Virus record (IMG/VR): IMGVR_UViG_3300044213_000107
Coordinates: 124,001 to 188,000 of that record
DNA length: 64,000 bases
Reading direction: 5' to 3' (one strand)
A model generated the notes under the pieces. The model made no database searches and was not told the origin of the DNA. It saw only the letters and a list, made by a program, of their open reading frames with translations. The position numbers and the translations under genes were made by a program. Positions 9,771 to 19,327 of this stretch are shown here, piece after piece; the stretch's first letter is position 1; each line of letters starts with the position of its first letter.

Positions 9771-10121
9771 TTAATCTAAGCGTGATCCGGAGTAGGCCTT
9801 AAAGCCGTACTTTTCAAACACTTTGGCGGCCGCTTCTGCACCTGCTTCCAGTGTATCTACATTCTGTACAGCCAATCCGCTGGGATTCCATACGCTGAAT
9901 GCTCGGGTGTAGTCTTGACGCACACCTGCGGCCTTGAGCATTTTACCAAGTTTAGTATTGCCTTTGATACCCCAAATATTAACCCAAGCAAAGCCGCACA
10001 TGCCTTGATCAACACCATTAAGACGAGTGCGAAAGAACGTGTCTGCGGCTACATAAGCAGCCTGTCGAGCTTCTGCCACAATGGCGTCTATTTGATTTTG
10101 TGTAAAATTGAGTGCGGTCAT
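9771..10121 (-). CDS. Hypothetical early protein
   Basis: Start reset to MTALNF (AGGAG RBS); contains GMCGFAWV. Confidence 0.75.
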   Translation of the reverse strand: MTALNFTQNQIDAIVAEARQAAYVAADTFFRTRLNGVDQGMCGFAWVNIWGIKGNTKLGKMLKAAGVRQDYTRAFSVWNPSGLAVQNVDTLEAGAEAAAKVFEKYGFKAYSGSRLD

Positions 10122-10131
10122 TTTTTGCTCC

Positions 10132-10338
10132 TTAGTTATCACTTACTTGTAAAACGTCTTTGTGCTCAACAATAACAGATTCACGTACTGCACCGTAGAC
10201 TTGAATTGGGATATCCAAGTCAACATGATGTGCAACTGTTCCACCTAACTGAACACGACTTAGTCGTACTCGGCCTGACACAGGGAAATCTCCGAGATAC
10301 GTACCTTTGATTTTTAATCCTTCTAGATTCCAAGTCAT
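10132..10338 (-). CDS. Hypothetical early protein (small beta-barrel-like)
   Basis: 68 aa with an AGGAG RBS. Confidence 0.7.
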   Translation of the reverse strand: MTWNLEGLKIKGTYLGDFPVSGRVRLSRVQLGGTVAHHVDLDIPIQVYGAVRESVIVEHKDVLQVSDN

Positions 10339-10351
10339 AACGAACTCCTTT

Positions 10352-10627
10352 TTATGCAGCTTGCTTGCGATCTTCCATCATTTCGCCGAGTATGAATTTT
10401 GCACGGTTCAGCTCTTTGCGAGCTTGTTCGGTATCGCCAAAAGACATTAGTTCTTGAGCATCTGACAAAATGCTCATTACAACCATTTCCAAACCAGTCA
10501 TACGAGCGGTAAAGCTTTCCATGTATTGTTTGCGGATATCAGATTCAGACATACCGTAGCAGTTTTTTTCAAATTCAGTAATACTAGGATCTTTGCCAGT
10601 ATCTAACATGAGAGCTTCAATAGACAT
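10352..10627 (-). CDS. Hypothetical early protein
   Basis: 91 aa with an RBS and an upstream sigma70 promoter. Confidence 0.75.
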   Translation of the reverse strand: MSIEALMLDTGKDPSITEFEKNCYGMSESDIRKQYMESFTARMTGLEMVVMSILSDAQELMSFGDTEQARKELNRAKFILGEMMEDRKQAA

Positions 10628-10657
10628 ATTGTGTTCCTTTTTGTTTACTATGTGTTT

Positions 10658-10686
10658 ATTATACTAAAATGGGTGTTTTTGGTCAA
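10658..10686 (-). promoter_or_regulatory. Sigma70-type early promoter
   Basis: TTGACC-17 nt-TATAAT. Confidence 0.85.
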
Positions 10687-10703
10687 CCAAACGGTGTTGT
10701 ATT

Positions 10704-11018
10704 TTAGTGACTGTTCAACGCAGGGTTAAATCCATTGATTAACTCACGCTCTACGGCATGTGCGGGTTTGCGTCCACGCACAATGTCAACTAAAAGTACC
10801 GCAAAAGCTTCTGCACCATGCTCACGAATACTGCGGCATAAAGCCCACGATTTGTTTTCAGTTACTGCACGACGAACGTGCTTTTGAAAACGAACTTTTA
10901 GAGCTTTATTGATTTGTGCACCGCATACAGTAATACCAATATAACTTTCGTTAGTGTTAGTGTTCACTAACATGTATACTGCATGTTTTGTATCTTGGCG
11001 TCTTTTGCGTTTTATCAT
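10704..11018 (-). CDS. Small GIY-YIG nuclease-domain protein
   Basis: AVYML...YIGIT...RFQKH...E motif order; TATAAT 6 nt upstream of the ATG (leaderless). Confidence 0.75.
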   Translation of the reverse strand: MIKRKRRQDTKHAVYMLVNTNTNESYIGITVCGAQINKALKVRFQKHVRRAVTENKSWALCRSIREHGAEAFAVLLVDIVRGRKPAHAVERELINGFNPALNSH

Positions 11019-11053
11019 GTATTAATTATAACAGATTTTGGGCTCAAAAACGC

Positions 11054-11080
11054 AAAAACCCGCCAAAAAAGCGGGTTTTT
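11054..11080 (-). terminator. Intrinsic terminator
   Basis: aaaaacccgc-loop-gcgggttttt. Confidence 0.75.
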
Positions 11081-11120
11081 GTGGTAAAAATACTACAAAA
11101 AATGTAGTACTTTAGTACTA

Positions 11121-11252
11121 CTATCTTACAGTTTCTGTGTGTTTGTGTTTAATACTTTTTTTGAGTATTTTGAACCAGAATTTCTTCACACGTTCCATGT
11201 TGTGATCAAACTCGGCTCTATTCAGTTTCTGTATTAATTTTTTAAGTTTCAT
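11121..11252 (-). CDS. Small basic protein (43 aa), not in the ORF track
   Basis: MKLKKLIQKLNRAEFDHNMERVKKFWFKILKKSIKHKHTETVR with an AGGAA RBS. Confidence 0.55.
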   Translation of the reverse strand: MKLKKLIQKLNRAEFDHNMERVKKFWFKILKKSIKHKHTETVR

Positions 11253-11267
11253 GACGGGATTCCTTGG

Positions 11268-11675
11268 TTATTGTATCACTTGAGTAAACACACGACCTTG
11301 ATAACTAAAGGTGACAGTTTCACCTTGTTGTACTGTCACTGGCACCAGACGACACACCTGACGAGCTTCTGCTCTAGCCGAATCGTGCCCCACATTGTTG
11401 CCAATGGCTCCACCTATGAGTGCACCCACTACACCTCCGGCCAATCTATCACGGTTGTTGCCCCCAATGGTACTGCCAATGGCTGCACCGGCCAAGGCAC
11501 CAATGGTGCTGTCGGTTTGACTGTTGTCTTGTATCACTGACTGTACCGAACACTGTTGCTGGTATGTGGTCAGGTAGCGTGGCTGGCGAGCAATCACCAT
11601 GGCAACATCTGCAGCCTGTTGAGCATGAGATGCCACTGCAGACCATAATAAAAAGAATGTGATTAATGTTTTCAT
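11268..11675 (-). CDS. Glycine-zipper 2TM exported protein
   Basis: Signal peptide plus GALAGAAIGSTIGG...GGVVGALIGGAIG. Confidence 0.85.
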   Translation of the reverse strand: MKTLITFFLLWSAVASHAQQAADVAMVIARQPRYLTTYQQQCSVQSVIQDNSQTDSTIGALAGAAIGSTIGGNNRDRLAGGVVGALIGGAIGNNVGHDSARAEARQVCRLVPVTVQQGETVTFSYQGRVFTQVIQ

Positions 11676-11676
11676 A

Positions 11677-11985
11677 TTAATTTGGTACCGCTACAATTTT
11701 ATGCACACCAGTTTGTGGGTCAACCATTTCTTGCCAGTGGTATCCAACAGGTGGTGCTTGCACAACTGTTTGTGGCTGTTGAACAACAACACTTGGTTGC
11801 TCAACCACAACAGTATTCGGACGTGCTAGTTCATATCCAACTACCCCTCCGATCACTGCAGGTGCTACCCAGCATCCGCCACATCCATAATATCCGCTGT
11901 GCCACCCGCCAAAACGATATGGCCCATGTGCCTGGGTTAGACCAAATGATGTTAGTAGTAAAAATAAAGCAACAACTTTTTTCAT
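11677..11985 (-). CDS. Exported Gly/Tyr/Pro-rich protein
   Basis: Start reset to MKKVV (AGGAG RBS); signal peptide; PAVIGGVVGY. Confidence 0.75.
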   Translation of the reverse strand: MKKVVALFLLLTSFGLTQAHGPYRFGGWHSGYYGCGGCWVAPAVIGGVVGYELARPNTVVVEQPSVVVQQPQTVVQAPPVGYHWQEMVDPQTGVHKIVAVPN

Positions 11986-11995
11986 AAGATTCTCC

Positions 11996-12205
11996 TTAGT
12001 GTAGAACTCTTGTATTGCTAATGTCCTCAACATCATCAATACCGTATATATTTAGTATTTTACATACTTCGGCTGGATTTGTCAATGAAGTGGGCAAATA
12101 ACAACTTTTTAGTTCTCCGGTTTGCCCAATTACAAATACATAATCCGTTGGTTCTACTGTTGTTTGTTTTTCTTTAATCATAATATTATCTCTTGTAAAA
12201 GACAT
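11996..12205 (-). CDS. Hypothetical protein
   Basis: 69-aa ORF in the operon. Confidence 0.6.
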   Translation of the reverse strand: MSFTRDNIMIKEKQTTVEPTDYVFVIGQTGELKSCYLPTSLTNPAEVCKILNIYGIDDVEDISNTRVLH

Positions 12206-12794
12206 GATTGTCTATAACAGCAACTGGTGTAATTTTGTATCCAGTTTGCAAACTTTTTTCATGGAAGTATGTTGCACCACCAGTGATGTCAACTTGTGAT
12301 TTTTTGTCAACACTTAACAATGCATATGCTATGTCAACACTTTGTTTCCATGAACTACTTTTCATATTAATAGGCAACAAATTTTCTTCGCAGACCCATG
12401 AAAATTGACAAACGTTGTCTTGTGATTGGTGCACAACTCCGCAGACGCTGTGTGGAAATAATCTACTGCTCATGCGATTAAGAACAACATAGCCAACTGC
12501 CATTTTTCCTGCAGGGCTTTGTGTGCCGGCTTCTCTATAAATGTTTTCAGCCATGCATTGTAGTTCTTGATTGTTTACCGGTTTCTTAACTTCCTCTGCA
12601 ACTACCGGTTTTATGGATCCTGCCTTAAGCGGAGGAATCACCGTAGAAATAAATTCTGTTGTAGAATTTGTGACGGCTCTTAGGTCATTCAAATCTACAC
12701 TCAGTTTCAAAATAAAACTAACACTACACATCAACAATACAAATAACAAAATGATTGTTGGTGTTGGCAGAAGTTGATTTTGGTTTATGATCAT
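12186..12794 (-). CDS. Cell wall hydrolase, SleB family, with N-terminal membrane anchor
   Basis: CMAENIYREA, VVLNR, VCGVV, CQFSW, GATYFH, IDNHVFY. Confidence 0.9.
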   Translation of the reverse strand: MIINQNQLLPTPTIILLFVLLMCSVSFILKLSVDLNDLRAVTNSTTEFISTVIPPLKAGSIKPVVAEEVKKPVNNQELQCMAENIYREAGTQSPAGKMAVGYVVLNRMSSRLFPHSVCGVVHQSQDNVCQFSWVCEENLLPINMKSSSWKQSVDIAYALLSVDKKSQVDITGGATYFHEKSLQTGYKITPVAVIDNHVFYKR

Positions 12795-12911
12795 TGAGAT
12801 CTCCTTTCATCTATCCTGTAAGATATTTACAGACAGGTTTAGCCAGTTATAATACTATATAACAGGTTTTTTGGTGGTTATAGTGGGTTTTTATCGCCGT
12901 TAACTGCGTAG

Positions 12912-13217
12912 TTAACCAGCAATCACATCTGACGATCCGCCGACAATACTGCCCGAATCACAACTGTCTCCAATTCTTGCAAGCGCCTTGCCACCAACAA
13001 TTACAGTGCCAGAACCGGCATTGATTGCGGCAGTATGATGTGCAGAACAATTTTTTCCACCATAGGCATGATCCTGTGTTGGATCGCCTACGCACTCAAC
13101 TGCTATGCCATTAACATATACATGAGCAGACTCGCCGGTAGGGCCAGTTAAGGTTGTGGTAGAATCACAACCGTGACCTGTTGAAACTGAATCACCTTGT
13201 CTTGCTACTCCGGGCAT
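12912..13217 (-). CDS. PAAR-motif spike tip protein (T4 gp5.4-like)
   Basis: ARQGD...GH, VYVNG, IVGGKALARIGDSCD. Confidence 0.88.
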   Translation of the reverse strand: MPGVARQGDSVSTGHGCDSTTTLTGPTGESAHVYVNGIAVECVGDPTQDHAYGGKNCSAHHTAAINAGSGTVIVGGKALARIGDSCDSGSIVGGSSDVIAG

Positions 13218-13531
13218 TATCCAAATACTCCTCCGGCACTGACTGGTTGGATACCAGTTGTGGTTTGAATGTAATGATTTTTCATCTCGTCAATCACTGC
13301 CGCGGCCATCATCACATGTTGTTTGCTGATGGAGATATTTTGTTTGAGATCAGATGTCAACAAACTCTGCATGAGACCAATGCCCTTGGGACTGGGCATG
13401 ACTGTACAGGGTCGGCTCACTGTGTAGGCCATCATTTCATCTGCCACCACCTGTGCCACCACTTCATCACCATTCACCAGTTTCATGGCAATGATATCAC
13501 CTTTGTCAAATTTTTGTGTGTTTATCAGCAT
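13217..13531 (-). CDS. Conserved hypothetical protein (possible Sm-like barrel)
   Basis: DIIAMKLVNGDEVVA pattern; coupled to its neighbours. Confidence 0.65.
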   Translation of the reverse strand: MLINTQKFDKGDIIAMKLVNGDEVVAQVVADEMMAYTVSRPCTVMPSPKGIGLMQSLLTSDLKQNISISKQHVMMAAAVIDEMKNHYIQTTTGIQPVSAGGVFG

Positions 13532-13770
13532 TATGCATCCTTGAGTTGTTCTTCAGTGAGTCGGCGGAGACCGTTGAATCCACCTTCCACAAACAGTTTT
13601 CCATCTTTGTAGATCTGCGGAACTGTTCGATGGCCTTCGGCTAATATAAATTCTCTAGCTTCAGGAACTTCATCAATTTTAATTTCTTCAAAGGCCACGC
13701 CTCGATTTTTTAATAATGCTTTTGCTTGATCACAAAAGCCACAATGATTTTTTGAATATACAGTTAACAT
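13531..13770 (-). CDS. Glutaredoxin
   Basis: CGFC active site, TVPQI, GGF; lies next to nrdAB. Confidence 0.93.
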   Translation of the reverse strand: MLTVYSKNHCGFCDQAKALLKNRGVAFEEIKIDEVPEAREFILAEGHRTVPQIYKDGKLFVEGGFNGLRRLTEEQLKDA

Positions 13771-14081
13771 TATTCTCTTTCTTCTCGCACAGTAAAAATT
13801 GTCTGTGTCTCTAGTATATATCTATCAAAGAAGGCCTTCCATTCCAAATCTGTCCGTTTATTGCGTTCAGCAGTGGCTTCATCACGCCATACATACGTAT
13901 CAGGTCCAGCTATATCCATTAGACCTTCTGCGATTGCTTCTGCACGATACGCACGTTGTCTACGCTCTGATTCGTAGAACCGATCTTGTTCTTCTTTGCT
14001 GAGTGTTGCTACCCAATCATGTAATAACATGGGCCGAACACCTTCGGGCCATGCGTATTCAAAATGATGGCGAACCTGCAT
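13770..14081 (-). CDS. Hypothetical protein inserted between nrdB and glutaredoxin
   Basis: 103-aa ORF abutting both neighbours. Confidence 0.65.
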   Translation of the reverse strand: MQVRHHFEYAWPEGVRPMLLHDWVATLSKEEQDRFYESERRQRAYRAEAIAEGLMDIAGPDTYVWRDEATAERNKRTDLEWKAFFDRYILETQTIFTVREERE

Positions 14082-15209
14082 TTACAAACTAAATCCTTTA
14101 AATGTATTGGTGTCTACGTCTTGTTTTGTGCCACCAATAACATAACTACTAATTTCAGTTTCTTGTGGTGCAACCTGCACTTCACTGCCAGCAATCCATT
14201 TTTGTGTCCAAGGCAATGGATTACTGCCAGGTTTTAATCCGCAGTCTAAGCCTACTGCAGTCATTCGTTTGCAGGTCAACCAATCAACATAATCACACAA
14301 CAATTGTCTATTAAGACCGATCATCGATCCATCTTTAAACAAATACTCTGCCCATGCTTTTTCTTGTGCAGCAGCCTGTAAAAACATTGCTTCACATTCT
14401 GCCTTGGTTTCTTCTCTGATTTTGACGAAATCTGCATCGTCGCCGGGCAACAATTTAATAAGCATTTGAGTGCTTCCTAGATGCACATTCTCGTCGCGGC
14501 AGATCAATTTAATGATCTTGGCGTTGCCTTCCATCTTCTTTAACTCTGCAAATGCCCAACTACATGCAAAACTAACATAAAAACGAATACCTTCAAGTGC
14601 ATTTACCGAGTTAATCGCCAGCCATAGTTTCTTTTTTAGTTCGTAGGTGTCAACAACAACTTCTTTGCCGTTGACAGAGTGAGTCCCGGCACCTAATAAA
14701 TTATAATAGTTGCCATACTCAATAACATCATCGTAGTATCGACTGATGTCTCGAGCACAATTTGCAATTTCTTCAATGTCCAGTAGACCATCAAAGATTT
14801 CGCTAGGGTTGCTGTACACATTGCGAATAATATGTGTATAGCTTCTACTGTGGATAGTTTCGTTAAACGTCCACGTGTTGATCCAAGTTTCCAATTCAGG
14901 AATACTAACAAGTGGTAGCAAGGCCAAACTTGGACTACGGCCTTGTACGCTGTCTAATAATATTTGTCTTTTTAAATTACTAGTAAAAATGTGTTGTTCA
15001 AACGGTGTTAGTTCTTTAAAGTCCTTGGCATCACGAAGAACATCAACTTCCTCGGGACGCCAGAAGAAACCTAATTGTTTATCTGTTAGTTTATCAAATT
15101 GCCTGTATTTTAATGTTTCATAACGTTGTAGTGTTGTTGGGCCTGACGGGTCCAGAAACATAAGTGCTTCTGTATGTTTTGTTTTATTATTGATGTTAAA
15201 AACGCTCAT
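14082..15209 (-). CDS. nrdB: Ribonucleotide reductase class Ia beta subunit
   Basis: FFWRPEE, LLDSVQGR, ETIHSRSY, EGIRFYVSF, RDENVH, VAPQETE. Confidence 0.97.
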   Translation of the reverse strand: MSVFNINNKTKHTEALMFLDPSGPTTLQRYETLKYRQFDKLTDKQLGFFWRPEEVDVLRDAKDFKELTPFEQHIFTSNLKRQILLDSVQGRSPSLALLPLVSIPELETWINTWTFNETIHSRSYTHIIRNVYSNPSEIFDGLLDIEEIANCARDISRYYDDVIEYGNYYNLLGAGTHSVNGKEVVVDTYELKKKLWLAINSVNALEGIRFYVSFACSWAFAELKKMEGNAKIIKLICRDENVHLGSTQMLIKLLPGDDADFVKIREETKAECEAMFLQAAAQEKAWAEYLFKDGSMIGLNRQLLCDYVDWLTCKRMTAVGLDCGLKPGSNPLPWTQKWIAGSEVQVAPQETEISSYVIGGTKQDVDTNTFKGFSL

Positions 15210-15222
15210 TGTATTTTTGCCT

Positions 15223-17529
15223 TTAGATTACACAACTGTCGCAGTCTGCTTGATCTTCAACTGATGCAGTTAATTCTTGAATTGCTTTTGTTGCCATTCG
15301 GTCAACGTCTATTTCGCCTTGCTGATCGTTTGTTTGGAAATAATATAATTGTTTAAATCCATATTTGTAGCACATGATCAAATGCTTGAGCATCTCACTC
15401 ATTGGGATTTTTTCATCTTCGTAGAATTTGGGATTATACGAAGTGTTGACACTAATGCCTTGATCAACATATTTTTGCAATATTGCACATAATTTCAAAT
15501 AGCCTTCTGGTGATCGTTGGTCCCATAATAATTCATATTTGTTTTTAAGTCTACGGAATTCTGGTACTACCTGTCTCAATGCTCCATGTTTACTTTGTTT
15601 TACGCTTACATAACTTCTTGGTGGTTCAATTCCATTTGTACTGTTGCTGATTTGTGCAGATGTTTCTGCTGGCATAATTGCCATAAGTGTTGCATTGCGA
15701 ATGCCAGTGTCTAGAATCTGTTCACGGAGAGCACGCCAAGGCATACGCTCTTGGTGTTCAACTAATTCGTCTACTTCACGTTTGTATGTATCAACAGGCA
15801 AACGACCATCTGCATATTTTAGATCATGCCAACGTGTGCAAGGACCTTGTTCTCGAGCCAAATCTGCTGATGCTTTGATCAAGTAATAACTCCATGCTTC
15901 GGCATATTCATCAACCAATGACAATGCAGCAGGATCACTATAGCTAACGCCGTTTTTAGCCAGGAAGTAAGCAAAGTTGATGATACCAATACCCAGTGGA
16001 CGGAATTCTTGTGTGGCTAATTCGGCAGCACGAATAGGATAGTTTTGATAGCTTAACAATGCATCTAATCCGCGAACTGCTAGTCTACACATCTTTTCAA
16101 AGTCTGCGGGACCGCGAACATTACCCCAGTTGATTGCGCTTAATGTACATAATGCAATGCGGCCATTTTCGTCGTTAACATCGGTTAATGGTACAGTAGG
16201 TAAATCAATTTCACTGCACAAATTACTCATTTTGATTGGAGCAATTTCTTCTTTAAAAGGACTGTGGGTGTTGGCGTGATCAACATTCTGCAGATAGATA
16301 CGCCCAGTGTCTTTGCGTTCTTGCATAAATCTACTAAACAAATCAACTGCTTTAACAGTCTTTTTGCGTAGCTTGGTATTACGTTCTGCACGTTCATAAA
16401 GTTCTTTAAAACGCCCTTGGTCGTTAAAGAATGCTTCATACATTTCTGGTACATCATGGGGGCTAAAACAGGTAATATCGCCACCTGTAATTAGTCTTTC
16501 GTACATTAATTTGTTAAATTGGACGCCATAATCCATGTGACGTACACGATTATCCTCTGTGCCTTTATTGTTCTTTAAAACCAATAAATCGTCAATTTCC
16601 AAGTGCCAAATAGGATAGTAAATTGTTGCAGCACCATTACGCACACCACCTTGACTACAACTGCGTGTTGCTGCTTGAAATAATTTAAAGAATGGTGTTA
16701 CACCCGTGTGGTAGGCATCGCCGTTCCTGATAGGCGATCCCAAAGCCCGAATTCGTCCTGCACCGATTCCGATACCAGCCTTTTGGGATACATACTTGAC
16801 AATGCTACTAGCAGTAGCGTTAATACTATCGAGGCTGTCATCGCTCTCAATAAGAACACAACTACTGAACTGCTTTTGCGGAGTACGCACACCAGCCATG
16901 ACCGGAGTAGGTAAACTGATGTCGTGATTGCTGATAGCATCATAGTACTCTCTAATATAATGTAGTCTTTGATTTGTGGGATATTTTTGAAATAGTGTAG
17001 CTGCAATCAACACATAAGCAACTTGAGGAGTTTCCATGATAGTACCAGTTACACGATTTTGTACTAGATACTTTCCTCTCCATTGTTCCATTGCAACATA
17101 AGTAAAATTTTCATCACGTTCATGTTTAACAAAACTGTTAATTTGCTTCCATTCATCTTCTGAATAGGCATTGACTAGATCTTGATCATAAAATCCAACA
17201 GCGGCATTTTTACGAACAATATCTATTAACGGCCAAGGTTGATAGTTGTTGTATACTTCTTTACGTAGATGATAGTTAATTAAACGACCAGCTACATATT
17301 GATAATTAGGAGTTTCTTCACTGATAAGGTCTGCGGCACTTTTGATTAGTGTTTCCTGAATATCTGTAGTTTTAATTCCATTATAAAATTGTAAATGACT
17401 TTTTATCTCAACTTCACTAGCACTAACTCCTGTGATACCTTCTGTAGCCCAGAATACCACCTGGTGTAATTTTTCTAAATTTAAATTTTCTCGTGTTCCA
17501 TTGCGTTTGAGAACTTGTATTTCGCTCAT
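15223..17529 (-). CDS. nrdA: Ribonucleotide reductase class Ia alpha subunit with ATP cone
   Basis: ATP cone, QFSSCVL, SNLCSEI, MPAETSA, KQLYY, C-terminal CxxC. Confidence 0.97.
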   Translation of the reverse strand: MSEIQVLKRNGTRENLNLEKLHQVVFWATEGITGVSASEVEIKSHLQFYNGIKTTDIQETLIKSAADLISEETPNYQYVAGRLINYHLRKEVYNNYQPWPLIDIVRKNAAVGFYDQDLVNAYSEDEWKQINSFVKHERDENFTYVAMEQWRGKYLVQNRVTGTIMETPQVAYVLIAATLFQKYPTNQRLHYIREYYDAISNHDISLPTPVMAGVRTPQKQFSSCVLIESDDSLDSINATASSIVKYVSQKAGIGIGAGRIRALGSPIRNGDAYHTGVTPFFKLFQAATRSCSQGGVRNGAATIYYPIWHLEIDDLLVLKNNKGTEDNRVRHMDYGVQFNKLMYERLITGGDITCFSPHDVPEMYEAFFNDQGRFKELYERAERNTKLRKKTVKAVDLFSRFMQERKDTGRIYLQNVDHANTHSPFKEEIAPIKMSNLCSEIDLPTVPLTDVNDENGRIALCTLSAINWGNVRGPADFEKMCRLAVRGLDALLSYQNYPIRAAELATQEFRPLGIGIINFAYFLAKNGVSYSDPAALSLVDEYAEAWSYYLIKASADLAREQGPCTRWHDLKYADGRLPVDTYKREVDELVEHQERMPWRALREQILDTGIRNATLMAIMPAETSAQISNSTNGIEPPRSYVSVKQSKHGALRQVVPEFRRLKNKYELLWDQRSPEGYLKLCAILQKYVDQGISVNTSYNPKFYEDEKIPMSEMLKHLIMCYKYGFKQLYYFQTNDQQGEIDVDRMATKAIQELTASVEDQADCDSCVI

Positions 17530-17538
17530 TGATACCTC

Positions 17539-17991
17539 TTAATATTGTTCTAATTTTATGTCATTGCTGTTGTACGAATACTTCAGTACAAATTCTGTGT
17601 CTAATTGTTTTTTATTTACGATTTCCGTGTCAGTCAAATTAAGTATATATTTTCCCTCACGCAACCAAACTAAATTGTAATCATATCCCGTGGAACTGTC
17701 AAAATATATTTTTAACTCGGGTTTTAAGTCTTGGTTATGTTTTGTAAAAGCAATAGTATACACAATACCTAATGCTTTTGCAATATCACAGTAATAATTA
17801 TCAGAAATTAATTGCCATGGATCTGGCCATCCCTGCGGTGCCTTGGGATCAAGATAATATGGAACATAAGGGCAGGCAGCCCAAAACTGCTGTACTTGTT
17901 GTAAAGCAGTTAAGGTGTCAAGTTTATCTAGGCCGTCTCGAAAATGTTTCCAATGACTTATTCGTTCACTGGGTTTTAATTTGAACATCAA
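17539..17991 (-). CDS. Hypothetical protein
   Basis: 150-aa ORF coupled by an ATGA overlap. Confidence 0.7.
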   Translation of the reverse strand: MMFKLKPSERISHWKHFRDGLDKLDTLTALQQVQQFWAACPYVPYYLDPKAPQGWPDPWQLISDNYYCDIAKALGIVYTIAFTKHNQDLKPELKIYFDSSTGYDYNLVWLREGKYILNLTDTEIVNKKQLDTEFVLKYSYNSNDIKLEQY

Positions 17992-19304
17992 ACAAAAGTT
18001 TTTATGTTGTATTTAATTGTTGTATTAGTTGTGGTAGAATAACATGTTATTGTACCATTTTGTAAAAATAGGTTAGCAGATAATCCAGTACCAGTTTCAT
18101 TATAATTGTCACTGAACAAAACAGTTGTACCATCATAGGTATAATTTACTGTTCCGTATCTATAACTAACGCCGTTGGTTATAGAATAACTAATTTCGCC
18201 TCCGCCATTTGATACAGTGCCTAAGGTTGTAGTAGTGTTCTGCGGTAATCCTAGAGTTTTACCATTGCTGATTTTATAATCACCAGCATAAAATCCATGT
18301 TCTTTACTATAATATGTGTCACCAACACTGACATTGTTTGCATTAAATGTACGGTTAATGGGAATAGTTACATTCCCATAATAGTTGCTGACACTAGAAA
18401 AACCAACGGTAACGTTTGAAAGAACTGCGCCAGTTGTTAGATAATCAAACTCGGAATTTATAACACGTACACTACTTACATTATTGCCATTTAAATTAAT
18501 ACCGGTGGCACCATTTGAAAACACGCAATGATTGAACGTAACTGCTCGAGTGACGGTAGTAGAATCAATGTTTGCTAAAACTATGTTTGCAGCTGCTGCA
18601 AAACTGCAATTAAAAAATAACGCAGAATTAACAGAATCAATTTCTAAAACTGATTTAGTTGTGCTTACCGATGAATTATAAAGACCTATGCCTTCAACTG
18701 TGATGTTATTAGCAGGACCAGTTGTAGCAGTAAATCCAGCATTAACTGTTGACAATACTGGATATGATCCACCAGATTGTATTATTACTGTATTTAAAGG
18801 ACCTTCACCGTATAAAGTTGCATATGGCGGAACATTAACTGCACCAGAAATTAAATATTTTCCTGCGGGAAAATAAATTGCTCTTCTAGATCTATAGTTA
18901 ACAGGTGTTACGCTTGAATTATATATTTGTGTCAGTGCTTGATTGATAGCTGCAGTATCGTCGGCTACTCCATCGCCGATTGCACCAAAATCTCTGATAT
19001 TTACAAAATCATCTAACTTACTTTGTAGAGTTCTCGTTACTCCGCCTAATCCCGGGGAAGTTGCTACTGTATAACCAGTATCAGGTCCGACATATGAATA
19101 AGATTTAACAACACCTGCAATATTTGTATACTGAGTTAGAATTTCAGTAACACCTTCACTAGGTGCGCCTTCTTGAATGGTGCCATTGCCAATAAACAAT
19201 CTACGTTGGTCAAGACTCCACCCTAATTCTGCACTTGCTAACTGTGGTAAATCTTGTTGGTACCCACGTCTGTGTTGAATGCGTGATATTTGTACTACCG
19301 CCAT
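17988..19304 (-). CDS. Tailspike/fibre with a pectate-lyase-like beta-helix
   Basis: N-terminus QISRIQHRRG...ELGW; VNIRDFGAIGDGVADDTAAI...IYFPAGKYLI. Confidence 0.88.
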   Translation of the reverse strand: MAVVQISRIQHRRGYQQDLPQLASAELGWSLDQRRLFIGNGTIQEGAPSEGVTEILTQYTNIAGVVKSYSYVGPDTGYTVATSPGLGGVTRTLQSKLDDFVNIRDFGAIGDGVADDTAAINQALTQIYNSSVTPVNYRSRRAIYFPAGKYLISGAVNVPPYATLYGEGPLNTVIIQSGGSYPVLSTVNAGFTATTGPANNITVEGIGLYNSSVSTTKSVLEIDSVNSALFFNCSFAAAANIVLANIDSTTVTRAVTFNHCVFSNGATGINLNGNNVSSVRVINSEFDYLTTGAVLSNVTVGFSSVSNYYGNVTIPINRTFNANNVSVGDTYYSKEHGFYAGDYKISNGKTLGLPQNTTTTLGTVSNGGGEISYSITNGVSYRYGTVNYTYDGTTVLFSDNYNETGTGLSANLFLQNGTITCYSTTTNTTIKYNIKTFV

Positions 19305-19327
19305 GTCTAATCCTTGCTATTTTGTAT

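Noticed and set aside
10704-11018. Intron-encoded or mobile homing endonuclease
   Set aside because: Free-standing, has its own promoter, does not interrupt a gene and lacks a DNA-binding extension.
12795-12840. T4-style hairpin sequestering the lysin SD on early transcripts
   Set aside because: The ctgtaa/ttacag stem encloses the TAAATA motif but does not cover the AAAGGAG RBS.
14082-17529. Introns or inteins in nrdA/nrdB (also helicase, primase, UvsW)
   Set aside because: Continuous ORFs of ordinary length with no splice or Hint motifs.
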